A stretch of DNA of 64,000 bases, from contig NC_043017.1 in assembly GCF_006345805.1 (NCBI RefSeq), forward strand, positions 24,552,001-24,616,000. Direction: 5' to 3'. Numbering within the stretch: position 1 is the stretch's first letter; each line of letters begins with the position of its first letter. Source of the stretch: Octopus sinensis. Taxonomy: Eukaryota. The position numbers were made by a program, and so were the translations under genes. Positions 27,275 to 40,165 of this stretch are shown in pieces. The notes under the pieces are model-generated. The model searched no databases, was not told the origin of the DNA, and saw nothing but the letters and a program-made list of their open reading frames with translations.

Positions 27275-28433
27275 TAGATAGATAGATAGATAGATTGATT
27301 GATTGATTGATTAAAGCAGAAAAAAAAAGGCAAACAGTTTAGCAAGACTTGACAAGGACATTTAATGTAGCTATATAGTGAAAGGTTTGATAGTCTCCAA
27401 CAGCTGTTTCTAGGATATCTCAGCTATTCAAATACAAAATCACATTTTCAACTGCAGTTGAAACCGGAATGTTAATGGCATGCCAACTTAAGCACTCAGA
27501 GCTCATACCTATTATTTTGAGTCACCTTGATGAAAAATCCTTGTATCTTATACATATATATATCTGTGTGTGCAATATTGGACACACCTACACAAGGTGT
27601 GTGTTTTGCTAGTTCATGGGTAGGCTGTGCTTATCAGCGTAAGAGAATATATTCTCATCAATGCACCTGGTGTCGAAACATCTGGAAGTCATTGACAAGG
27701 GAGATAACTTGCATCAGGTTCTATTCAGAAGCAATGGATATTGATGTTTCGTGTTTGTTGTGACTTGTCAACACCACATGCCCGGACAAGGCCCAATGCA
27801 AGCTAAATCACTGTCTACAACTAAATGCAAAAGAGTGTAAGAACCATCTGCTGGTATGTCCCAACATTTTATACCACAGAAAAAAATTCAAATATATATT
27901 AGAAGTAGCTCAAGGGATATAAACGATATTGAACACATATACACAAGGTAGGTTTTGCTAGTGTGTGTATAGGCCGTGCTTATGACTTTCAGGTGTTTTA
28001 ACACCAGGTGCATTAATGAAAATATATTCTCTATCTTTCTATCTATCTATCTATCTTCAATCACACTGGCCTCTTTGACCTTCAAAATTTTTATATTGTG
28101 AATCTTTTTCTTGTTAGAAGCAAAAAGAAAAGGGGAAAAAAATCCTTCAACAATGGAAAGAAGTTCTTTGCTACTTTCATCTTACCTTTACACTTTTATT
28201 TCTTCCTCATTTTTTTTCTCTCCCTTTTTCTGCAATCACGTCGGCTTCTTCAACCACCACTACTACAACCACCACCACCGCCGCCGCCACCACCCCCACC
28301 ACAACCACCACCGCTGCTGCCGCCGCCGCCACTACCACCACCACCACCACCACCACCGACGACAACGACGACAACAACTCCGACACCAATGCAACTACGA
28401 ACTCACCAGAAACGGAAGAGGTCAACATTTCAG

Positions 28434-28578
28434 ATAGCTGCGTCATTGATGAACAAGTCTACTTTTACAAACTCGAGAAAATGCGACCTCACAAAAAAAC
28501 CCTAGAAGAGTTGCTAAGTCAGGTGCGGACACGTTTGCGAGCTATGAATTCAGATGATACACGAGTACCTACTTACAA
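28434..28578 (+). CDS. Gene A exon: first half of helical cytoplasmic domain (DSCVIDEQVYFYKLEKMRPHKKTLEELLSQVRTRLRAMNSDDTRVPTYK); 5' boundary uncertain (28410 is an alternative)
   Basis: Donor TACAA|gtacgt gives phase 2, matching the next exon. Two in-phase acceptors (ccag|28410, tttcag|28434). Confidence 0.75.
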
Positions 28579-29150
28579 GTACGTACATTAATTCCTTTAC
28601 ACTCACCAACTATTTCTGCTATTATCATGTGCTTCCTACTCTAAATTCTTTCAGAAAACTCCTGTTCTTTATCTTTATGATTGCTTTTTTAAAATCCAAT
28701 TCCCTTTTTTTTTTACTTCCATTATAAAAACGTTTCCATTGTGTTAATCTCATTCTTCTATGAATGAATGTTAATTAATTTTACTTCTGTATTTTCTATA
28801 TTTTTACTGTGTATGTAGGTATGTATGTATGCAAAGGTGGCGAGCTGGCAGAATTGTTAGCACGCCAGGCGAATTGCTTGGTTGTATTTCATCTACCTTG
28901 ATGATCTGAGTTCAAATTCTGCCGAAGTTGACTTTGCCTTTCATCCTTCTGGGATCAATAAAATAAGTACAATGTGATGCTCCAGAATGAGCGCAGTCCA
29001 ATGACTGAAACAAGCAAAATATAACAACCGTATACGAGGGGGTGCTGTAAGGTTCCTGGTTTTGGGTAAAAGAAAATACAGGCGGATCAGTTAATTAAAT
29101 AGTTTCCATCTACCAAAGATGCTTGCTGAAGGTGCTATGCAACGGGATTT

Positions 29151-29360
29151 TATGAGGGGTGCTAGAAAGTTCCTGGCTTTTTGAAAATAAGAAAATACAG
29201 GGGATCAGTTAATTATGATTTTATTCAACATATTCCCCTCTCAGATTCACACACTTATGGCAGTTTTTCTTAGCCCTGTAAAAGAATTTGGAAGGTTGAG
29301 CCTCCAATCAGGCTTTTTGTGACAATTTTAAAGCCAGGAACTTTTCAGCACCCCCTCGTA
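29151..29360. mobile_element. Mariner-type MITE (TA...TA, about 30-bp TIR); an extra left end lies at 29031-29100
   Basis: ta[c/t]gaggggtgct..aagttcctggcttt ... aaagccaggaacttttcagcaccccctcgta. Confidence 0.8.
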
Positions 29361-29514
29361 TATTTGCACATATATACTCTTTACTCTTTTACTTGTTTCA
29401 GTCATTTGACTGCGGCCATGCTGGAGCACCGCCTTTAGTTGAGCAAATCGACCCCGGGACTTATTCTTTGTAAGCCCAGTACTTATTCTATCGGCCTCTT
29501 TTGCCGAACCGCTA

Positions 29515-29690
29515 TACCGTTGGCGATTTTCTTTCCTCTGTCTTCCCTTCTCCTATGTTTCCGATGAAGAGCTCCGCTCGAAACGTTAAACCCTCCTTCT
29601 TTCCTTCTTTCCTGAGCGTCCAATAATACTATATTTGTTCCACATCCTCACGTTGTTGTGTTTTTTTGTGCTTTCTTGTTTGGATTAACT

Positions 29691-29695
<5 letters not shown>
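29515..29695 (+). mobile_element. Penelope-like terminal-repeat fragment
   Basis: Close copy of 7153-7340. Confidence 0.55.
29557..29591 (+). ncRNA. Minimal hammerhead motif with a variant core (CCGATGA), same family as 7208
   Basis: Identical to 7208-7242 apart from U4>C. Confidence 0.5.
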
Positions 29696-29742
<47 letters not shown>

Positions 29743-29837
29743 ATATGCATCATCACCTGTAAATTTATATCTAATGTGTAAATTTATATGTGGCTCTTTT
29801 TTTCTTTTTTCTTTTTTTTTTTGTTATTTTCCTCCAG

Positions 29838-29973
29838 GGGTGTAATCAACCAACTGTGTAGGGTCCTTGGACTTTTGAATAAAAATGAGCTCAACAACAG
29901 TGTTCCAGCTGATGCTTTAGGGCTTCTTGAATGGGCTAAACAGATGCTCAATGACTACTATGAACTGAGGCAG
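29838..29973 (+). CDS. Gene A exon: second half of helical domain (GVINQLCRVLGLLNKNELNNSVPADALGLLEWAKQMLNDYYELRQ)
   Basis: Acceptor ttttcctccag|G, donor CAG|gtcagt, phase 2-0, amphipathic helical pattern. Confidence 0.85.
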
Positions 29974-31202
29974 GTCAGTATCTTTGTGTGTTTTTCATCT
30001 TTTAATTGTATCAGTCCATTGAACTGTGGCCATGCTGGAGCACCACTTTGAAGAGTTTTAGTCTGGCAAATTGACTCCAGTCCACTGGGTTTTTTTCTTT
30101 CTTTTAAGTCTGGTACTTATTCTATCAGGCTGTTTTGTTGAACCGCTAAGTTAGTGGAATGTAAACAAACTGACATCGGTCATCAAGTGCTGGTGCGGAA
30201 CAAACACAAAGATGCACACACACACACACACACACACATACACGCATATATATTTATGTGTAACTGAGAAGACACGACAACTAAAGTGAGATTGCAGCCA
30301 TGGCCAATGCCAGTGTTGCATGTCCAGCCCATTTAAAAGTACCCTTGATGCATCAGGTGATATGCTATGCTTGAGAAGAGCTCTTGAATCAAGTAAAACC
30401 AAAATCGTAGCTGTAGCCAGTGCCCCCTGATTGGCTCCCGTTCCTGTGGCATGTAAAACCCATCATCTGAACATGGTCAGTGCTAGTGATTCCAATTGCA
30501 TACTGGGGTCAATTTAATGAACTGGCCCCCTCCCACAAAATTTTGGGCCTTGTGCCTAGAGTAGAAAAGTATATTTAAGCATTTCATCATCATGTTTCCA
30601 GTGAAATACTCAGCGTTTATGTTAGAGTTAATTTTGAAAATAATCAAGAATTCTAATGGATTCTGTAAAACAACAAATGTTTCCATTATTATGCTCTTAT
30701 AGTCTGCCCATATAGCTCAGTCAGTAGAGTATCGGACTATTTTAAGATGGCAAACTGGCAGAATCATTAGCACACCTGGCGAAATGCTTAACGGTATTTT
30801 GTCTACTGCTATGATCTGAGTTAAAATGCCGCCAAAGTCAACTATGCTTTTCGTCCTTTTGGGGTCGATAAGTTATCTACCAGTGAAACACTGGGAGTCA
30901 ATGTAATTGACTAGTTCCCTCCCCCAAAAATATCAGGCCTTATGCCTTTAGTAGAAAGGATTATTATGCTTTTGCTCTAGGTGGCAAGTTAGCAAACTCA
31001 TTACCCTGCCAGATAAAATGCTTAGTGGTATTTCCTCTGTAATTTTACAATTTGAGTTCAAATTCCACCAAGGCTGACTTTACCATTGATCTCTTTGAAT
31101 ATTTTGGCCGGATATAGCCAGTTTGAATACTAAAGGGCTAAACCTTACACTTTAGTCCATTTTTTTAAATATATTTTTTTTCTTTATCTTTTTTGTTTAC
31201 AG

Positions 31203-31621
31203 CAAGATTCTTCTACTTCTTCTGAGGCACCACGTGCTGAGATTTCATCCGTTGATGTCCAGCCGATATATGCAATTCCCCATGATAGTTGTCAAGATGC
31301 TGTCCGTATAGCTACAGACAATAAACCCTCAACGTTAGCCAACCATAGTGCTCCAAAAGCAGTAGGAACTGCTGATAGCGGATACTACAGTAGTGTATCG
31401 ATTCCTTATTTCAACAGTCATCAACCAAACAAACCGAGCAAGCCGCCAGCCTATTTAAAGAAAAATAAGCGCCATCTGAATGGCTATCATGTAAACGACA
31501 ATAATGACCGTGCAAACAACATTTATACATGTGCCAGCTCATACAGTGAAAGAAGTGGTAAATGTATGTCAACGTTTATCAAAGACGACATTTCTTACGT
31601 CAGCGAATGTTCTGAAAGAAG
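31203..31621 (+). CDS. Gene A exon: 139-codon Ser/Pro/Tyr-rich cytoplasmic tail
   Basis: Acceptor tttgtttacag|CAA, donor AG|gtaatt, phase 0-2. I translated it codon by codon and found no stop across 419 nt. Confidence 0.85.
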
Positions 31622-32287
31622 GTAATTGTTTTTTTACCATCTCGTCTTCTCCTATCTTTCTTATATTTATGTTGATGCTACTCCTGCTGTTGTTGTTTGT
31701 TTCTATTATTCTTGCTGTTGGTCCAACAATTATTTTTATAAAAACCAAATACCCTATTCTGTTTTGTTTCCCTATCAGAACCACCTCACTAATATTACTG
31801 GTGCCTACAAGAAATACATTGCCATTGTACTCTCTCTCCTCTCTCTCCCTCTCCCTCCCCCTCTCTCTCTGAGTTCAAATTCCACCGAGGTCAGCTTTGC
31901 TTTTCGTGGCTTCTAAAGCTGGATGCCCTTCCTAATACCAGCCATTTTACAGAGTGTCGTGGGTGCTTTTATGTGGCACCAGCCTTTGGCAGTCAGATTA
32001 TTTTTATTGATTGTAATATTTATTTATTCACATTCTTTTGAATTAATCATGCATTATCCCATAGCTTTGAGATTTTGATGATGCATCTGCTTATTTCTTA
32101 GAATGATATTGTGGGATAGTTATGAGAGGCCAGATCTGGTCAGTTTGAACATTGGACAGGTAGAATATTTAGGCCAGATATGGCCAGTTTAAGTGCTAAA
32201 GGGCTTCTTCGTGTTATATTGTTGTGAGGATATACAGATAATCTGACAACAAACAAACCACCCGACAGTATATAGTCTAACAATTGA

Positions 32288-32611
32288 CTGTTTGATGGCA
32301 ATTTAACAACAGCCAGTTTGACAGCGCACTATCTGGCAACTGACAATTTGACCACAGGCTATCTGGTAACGGTCACTTTGATAACTGACTATCAGGCAAT
32401 AGACAATTTAACAACAAACCATATAACAGAAAACCATCTAGCAACTGATAATTTGACAACAGGCTATCTAGCAAAAGACCATTTGGCAACAGATCACCTG
32501 GTAGCAGACAGCTTGACAACTGACCATCTGGCAATAGATAATAGGAGAACAGACTATTTCGATAATTGCCTGTCTAACAACAGACAAATCAACAAAGAAA
32601 GACTTTTCTAA
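32288..32611 (+). repeat. Degenerate 15-bp repeat with an open pentapeptide-repeat frame
   Basis: LATDN-LTTGY-LVTVT-LITDY..., 107 codons without a stop. Confidence 0.7.
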
Positions 32612-32868
32612 TAATATTTTCTACATTTTGCAAGGCAGCAAGCTGACAGAATTCTGCCAGGGTCGATTTAGCCTTTCATCCTTTTGGGGTTGATTAAATA
32701 ATTACCAGTTGATCACTGGGGTCAATTTAATCACCTCGGCTCCTCTTGGGGCCTTATACTGAAATTTGAAACCAATATTTTTCATTTTGCTATATATTTT
32801 TGCTTGTTTTGTTGTTGTTTTTTTTCCCTCATATTTTGTCATTTCTCTTACATTTTCTCTCTCCCTAG

Positions 32869-32947
32869 TTCCAACAGCAGCGCTGGGGCTTCACCAGAAG
32901 GGCTTCCATTCAACATGAAGGATGCAACTGAACCCATCGAAGTTTGA
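32869..32947 (+). CDS. Gene A terminal exon (SNSSAGASPEGLPFNMKDATEPIEV*)
   Basis: Acceptor ttttctctctccctag|T is phase 2 as required. TGA at 32945-32947. Confidence 0.8.
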
Positions 32948-33356
32948 AACGAAGATTTTTTTTGAAGTTCTGAATTTTTTTTTCCTTTCTCGTTTTTCTT
33001 TACCATTAATTTGTCTTCCCCCCTTCCTCCCCCCACCTTCTTCACATTCTTCACTCCCCTGACCACCACGACCACCACCCCAACCCATCCCTTGTATACA
33101 TCGAACTATGCATATTTCACCCTCACCACCACCACCACTACCACAAGACCTGAAACATACATACTCAGTTGTTCTTTAATTTGTAAACCTTCCTTCCTTC
33201 CTTTCTTTCTTTCTTTCTTTCTTTCTGAGCATGTGTGCTTGCATACGCACACACACACACACACACACCACACCTGTTGTTGTTTCCTCTTAACTTTGGG
33301 GCAAATATCAATGTATTTGATTTTTTTATTTGGGAGAAAAACAATTGTCTCACTTT

Positions 33357-33417
<61 letters not shown>

Positions 33418-33462
33418 GTATGTGCATATTCTCCAATATGGCTTTAACTTGTAACTGAAACC

Positions 33463-33468
33463 AATAAA
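33463..33468 (+). terminator. Candidate poly(A) signal of gene A
   Basis: AATAAA about 515 nt after the stop codon. Confidence 0.4.
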
Positions 33469-33662
33469 ATATAATTAAATGCATACATTCATGTATATAT
33501 ATGTATGTATAATATATACATATATATATATGTGTGTGTGTAATTAGATATGTACAAGCACATGCATACTCATGAATACATTATAAGCATACATGCATGC
33601 ACACAGCTATATATGTATATATATATATTTATATATCTATATAACCCATACATATATACATG

Positions 33663-33697
<35 letters not shown>

Positions 33698-36460
33698 ATT
33701 TATTGATTTATTTATTCATTAATCTTACTCAGATTTGTTAAAGAAACATGAACTTTTTATTTTTATTTTTTACTCCCTTTGTACTTTGTATTTTTAAAAA
33801 TATTGCCTGAAATCTGAATTTGTAAAAATTTCTAAATTTCTAAAATATATCGCAACCAGTTTAAATTATCGAATGGCAGTGACCATGACTATTTGCATAT
33901 TTTGTATCTTAGACCGTCTAAAATTATTATCAAGTAAGGAGTTGGTTTTTTTTTTTTGCCCCCTAAACTAGAATTATTTCATTGAAATGTATATATTTTT
34001 TCTTCTTCAAAAATTAAGCCCAAATTCTTATCATTCTTACAGTAATTTGGTTACAAGAGATAATAATTTTCTTTTTTTCCTTTTTTGTCTTTCTGCGAAA
34101 TTAAATTAAGTAGGAAACATCTACAATTGAATCCATATAAATACTTGCAAAGACAAAATGGTGAATCCTGTGAATGGTTTCGTCACACTTTCTTTGCTCA
34201 TATTTCAGTAAAAATGCTTCATATAATTAATTATTCTACAAGATCTTACTAACATATCAATATATTTTATAAATATATTTTCTGTTGAGGTGGGGGTTTT
34301 ATTTTTCCTCATAGAAAGAAGGGGTAAAAAATATATTCAGCTGATCTTCCTCCATTATAAAGAAAAAAAATTTTACATCTGGTCAAATACTGCTAAAAGA
34401 GAAAACCATTTTGTCTTTTATTTTTATTTTATTCTAACCAAATGTATAACAAAACCCTATTCTACACCCTCCTTTTTTTTTTTTTAGAATTTTTCTTTCA
34501 ATTTTTTATGATATGAGCTCTGTATTGTCTGTAATGAATCCAACCTGAGGGCTTGTTAACCTTTTGCCTGTTGGCATCCATGCATCATATATGATACATG
34601 TCCCAGTTTTTTTTCATCCACCAGAGCAACTTGGGTTTTATGAAAGGAAAGCTTTATATTACAAAGAGCATATGAGAGAAGGGTTAAGTAAAACTCCGAA
34701 GACAAGCATGGACATTTAGGGACAAACTTATGAAAATGCTTTGAACAGGCAAAAGGTTAAATTAAAATTATCTGAATAGGGCTATCGATTCAAAGATCTT
34801 AATTTCAAATTTGTACAACAACAGGTATTTTATTGTGTAATTTGGACAGTACAATTAACTCTACATTGCCTCAGTTTTGCCTAGCTTTCAGAATTACATA
34901 CCAGATTATCAAGGAATATTAACCTATAATAAACAAACTGGTGGCCCCTTTTGGGTATGGAGGGTTTTATTTCTTATCTTCTTAAAACTGTATATCTGAA
35001 AGTTAAGCACCTACCACTTAAACAGCATCCTTCTCCTTCACTTGAGAGCTTGAGAGACCCTTACATTTACATACTCTCTCTATTAGTTAAAATATACAAT
35101 ATGCTTGTTGAGTATTCAGATTTATTACTACGTTATTACACACACATTCATTCTTCATTCATTATTGTTAACCTACACCAGGGAGTCTCTGTGAGGTTGC
35201 TAAATCTGCAAGAAATAGAGCTGAATTTCCCTCAAATCACACTCATCTGTCATTAAAAAACAAACTGGAGACATGTCTATCCAAGATTATAATCCTGGAT
35301 TATACCTTTAACATATGACAGGATGATCATGGCTGGAATACCTTTGATCATAGATCAAGGATTTTCAACATGGAATGCAAATTGGTCACCTATGAAACTT
35401 GCCCAAAGCACAGTTCCTAAGGCTCAAGTTCATCACCAAAAATTTCAAATATCAAGTTAATTTAAATTACAGTCATTCTGTCACTTGAACCTCAAACTTC
35501 AGAATAGGGCAACCACAACAGCATCATGACTTTGCCTGATCAGGGCTGACCTAGGGCTAAACAGCAGCAGCAGCAATAACAATTACTTTCAAACCAATGA
35601 AGGAGCCTTTGTGTCATCATAGAAGCTCTTTTATTGGTTTGACAACTTGTTTGAAATAGCAACCAAATCTTCCATAAATCACATCCTACTCTCTTAAAAA
35701 TTGAAGGATACATTGAATAATGTAGTCCAAGGTATACAAAACAACAGGGATGGTCGTGGCTGGAAAGCTTTTGATCATAAGTATGTTTGATCAAGATTGA
35801 GCTAGAGCTTAACAACCGCTGGCGGTGACCCCTTTCTTCCATCATTAAACTCCTATTTCTGCTTGGCGGTGTGACCTGCTGCCTCCTTCAGTTATGTTCA
35901 GACAGCCCCTAATTAATTAGCTAGTTGCAAGTGTGTTTGGTATGTGTCTACCTGAGAAAGTATATGATGATATCAAACGGGTGTTTGCAAGAACCTAAAG
36001 AGGCTTGATTTGTACTTGTGGACTCACCTTGGCCTACAAGCAATTCCTAGTTCTCACCACCATCACCATCATCATCATCATCATAATCATCATCATCATT
36101 GCCATCATCATGAGCCAACTCAACAATGGAGGACTTCCACACTGTCACTCAACCTGCTCCAAATAGCAGCCAGGTTTCCATTGAATCACACCCTACCATT
36201 TTGAATAAGGAAAGGGCACATTTTAGATAACATAGCCCTGTAAACCCCTTAAAATATGGGTTGGTCATGGAGCAGTGAAGCCTTTGTTTATAGGGCTGCT
36301 CCGTCAGGATTGACATAGGGCTAAGCAACAACAACAACAACAACAATAGCAACATCTATAAAACATGCAATGACAAGATATCAATTTTGTCATATGTATC
36401 ATGAGCCTTGCTTGTTCATTGTACAAAGATTTTGTATCAATTGGTATAACAACAAAAACA

Positions 36461-36514
<54 letters not shown>

Positions 36515-39110
36515 ATGATAATAATAACTAGGCACTGAGCCAATTTCAAAGAAGAGCGGGTTTAGTTAATTGGATTAACCTTAATATTTTGTAAAAAACT
36601 AACATTGTGTGTCGGTTAATTATCTCTGGTTTAATTAATTAACAGAAGAGGAAAATTTATTATTTTAACATTAAACGTAATAGAGACATGAGGAGGAAAA
36701 AATATTATGATGCCTGAGACAATAATGATAATTCATCGACAGAACAATGGTTTAAGCATTAAGATTATTCATTCCAAGATCCATGTATGTTGTTTGTATT
36801 ATTTTGTCCTGAGAAACAAATGGTTTATTTCTTTATTTGCTGCCATTGTATAAAACAAGAAATAATAGATCCACTCTATACTTCTCAAAAAAAAATGTTA
36901 GAAAATCATTTTCTAGAGTATTTGCTTCTAATCAAGACAGATATGCCAATGCCTGACTTAACAAATTATCAAACTCCCTGTTAATGCTATCCTAATTTGA
37001 CAAAAGAGAAATACATTAATCTTGACCCTTTAGAATTCAGATTACTTTTGTCAGGTGTAAATGCTTATTCATTTACATAGCTTTGGGATTTTGATGGTGT
37101 GATTGCTTATTTTTAGAATGACATTGTAAGGTAGGTGAGAGAGACCAAATCTGCCTCATTTGAACATAAAACAGGTAGAAAATTATGGGTCAGATAAGGC
37201 AGGTTTAAATGATTAAGGGTTACAGTAGAAAGAAGCTTAAAAACACATCAGCAAGCTGGCAGGCTCAGCATGTTGGACAAAATGCTTAGCAGCCTTTTGT
37301 CTGTCTGTATATTCTGAGTTCAAATTCCAGAAAGGTTGACTTAATGTTTCATCCTTTTGAGGGTCGATAAAATAAGTATCTGTTAGTTACTGAGGTCGAT
37401 GTAATCGATTATTCCCTTCCCCTAATATTTCGGGCCTTGTGCCGATAGTAGAAAGGATCATTATTGTTATAAAGATGGCAAGCTGGCAGAATTGTTACCA
37501 CATGAAAAGATTTAAACTTAATACTGCAAACTAAGGAACCACTCATCAATCCTGTTGTGCCTACCCTTCCTCTGCTTTCAGTCTGTGTTCTGTATGATAC
37601 TTATTGGCAGCTAGTAAAGTTGTTTTAATCACAAACCCAGTGGAGTGCTACAAATGGCAATGCAAGTGTTGCTCATATGACCACTCAGTCAAACCCTACT
37701 TTCATCTGGCTGTCATCGAAATGTCATTCTTCAACATTTTCAGTCTGTTCTTCCTTTGGTCCTACAGATCATCTTCAAATCTCTCCCATTCTATAGCATT
37801 ACTCAGTAGTTCACACAATCATTACTCAGTAGTTCACACAATTCACATGGGGGATTATAGCATAGAACATTTCCAAAGGGTGTGTTCCCAATGCCTCCTG
37901 GTGAGGTGGGGACAATAGCAGTCCCATAGGAATCAATGGACTTATATGTTTAACCTCATTATATTCTCCTTAACCCTTTAGCATTCAGGTTTACTCTGTC
38001 AAATGTACTGTGTGTTTATTCAAATTGATTTGAATTAACTCATAGCTTTAAGATTTCAATGACATGATTGTTTACTTCTAGAATGACATTGTTGGGTAGA
38101 TGTGAGAGGCTGGATCTGGCCAGTTTGAACATTAAGCAGGTAGAATATATTTTGGCCAGATATGATCAGTTTAAATGTTAAAGAATTACAATCTGCTATT
38201 AACTCCCATTGTAAGCTCCTTATGTTTAATCTCAATATATGCTCCTTACATTCCACTATTAACTTCCAATATAAGCTCCTTAGTGTCCCTATGTAACTGT
38301 CTACAAGAAATTTATCCTCTTTACCTATATATAAGTCGCACTCATGTATAAATCACACCTCTAATTTGGTGTAAAATCTTGGTACAAAATGTTCTCCCTT
38401 CATAGTCTTAGCTATGCCCCATATATAAGTCACACCTGGGTTTTTTTTTCCAATTAAAATAAAATATAAAACAGTACAACTTATACACAAGTAAAAACAG
38501 TAATTAATTTCATTTTAGGTTTTATATAATGTCACAGTAGGCTCTTCTTTCCATTATGAAATTATTCACACAAACTCATGTTATATATGTATATTGGTGA
38601 CATTCACATTTTTACAATTACAATAACTAACAATATAATCTATAATACAATCTATAAAAAAAAGAAAAATGAAAAAGGAAAGAAATTTCGTCTGTGATTC
38701 TCTTTGCTAACTTATTGATTCTGTCTCTGTCATATGATTTTTTTTGTTTTATTTCATTGATTTTTTTTTCTATTTTCTACCCTGGCCCTATGTAAACTAC
38801 ACCACTGCCTTCTCTTAATAAGAGACATTCCTATGTGTTGGTCTTGTTATATTTTATTTTCGCTTTTTTTTTAAATATTTATATATAAGATTTTATTATT
38901 TATTTACAGAAGAAAAAAAACCAATAATTTTTCATGACGATTTATTTAACCACAGCATAATATTTTTTTTTTTTCAAAAATATTTTTTCAAATCTTAAAT
39001 TTTTTTTGATAATTTTTTATAAAAGCAAACTTTTTTTTTCTGCATTTGTTTATATTTATTCCTGTTCCCTGTGACAATTTATACATACATAATTATATAT
39101 ACATATATAC

Positions 39111-39171
<61 letters not shown>

Positions 39172-39859
39172 TATATATATATATCAATATTTCATTGAAA
39201 TGTTATTCTGTTGATAACTAAAAATTACCTAAAAATGCACCTTTTTGAGATTCCATTCCATTACTTTGACATTCCATTGCAAAACAATACAAATAAAACT
39301 TTGTTTTACAACTTTTTTCGATTGCATTTATTTAGTTTTTTTTAATACATTTATTAAAATTCTGTTTGTTAACCCTAAATCATGTTTTCAACCCCATTCT
39401 TGGACCACTGCTGCTACAACATTGAAGTTTTTGAAGGTACCCCAGAATATCAGCAATGGTATCAAGTGGTACTGCAAAATTTGCCCGTTTTAAATGATTG
39501 ATTTGTTCATAATAAGTTTGAAATATTAATTCTAAAAACATGAAGTTCTAATATTTAACATGATGATGTTGCACAATACAAATACACACTCACTTACACA
39601 CACACACACACACACACATGTACGTTAGTCTCTTGTGCTCCAAAAAAGATGGTTCTGCAATTGCTTACTAAAGAACCTTCACAAATGATTTGTTGATAGT
39701 GATCAAATGTTTGTGCTGTACATAAGTTCACTCCTACCATCAAATTGATGTTACCTGAACAGGTACACGTCAGGTGTCAAAGTGAACGCATACCAACGTG
39801 AGATGAAGTGTTTTGCTCAAGAACACAACCCACCACCCAATCCAGGAATATTGAAATCA

Positions 39860-39912
<53 letters not shown>

Positions 39913-40165
39913 CATGCAGTACCATCATGTTGAATATTGTAAATAAAAATATTATTATTTTAAAATAAGATTTTGAGTTGGATATATTTTATCAATATAG
40001 TTTATCTTATATTTTAAAAACAATAAAAACATTTTAATCAAATTCTTGCTCTGCTAAACACTGACATCTTATACATAAAAAGAAAAAAAACTATTGTTGT
40101 TTTTTACCTCCCATTCTGGATGTATTTCCAAGCTTTTCAAAGCTGACTTTCTAAAGTTTGATGTA

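Noticed and set aside
34580-34850. Coding-like + strand stretch (HPPEQLGFYERKALYYKEH...)
   Set aside because: Interrupted by in-frame stops. It may be a decayed transposon, but I cannot name a family.
39380-39471. Possible - strand terminal exon (PLDTIADILGYLQKLQCCSSSGPRMGLKT*)
   Set aside because: Weak acceptor context. It could not be chained in phase with the other - strand candidates (about 35178-35206, 42374-42447, 44797-44962).
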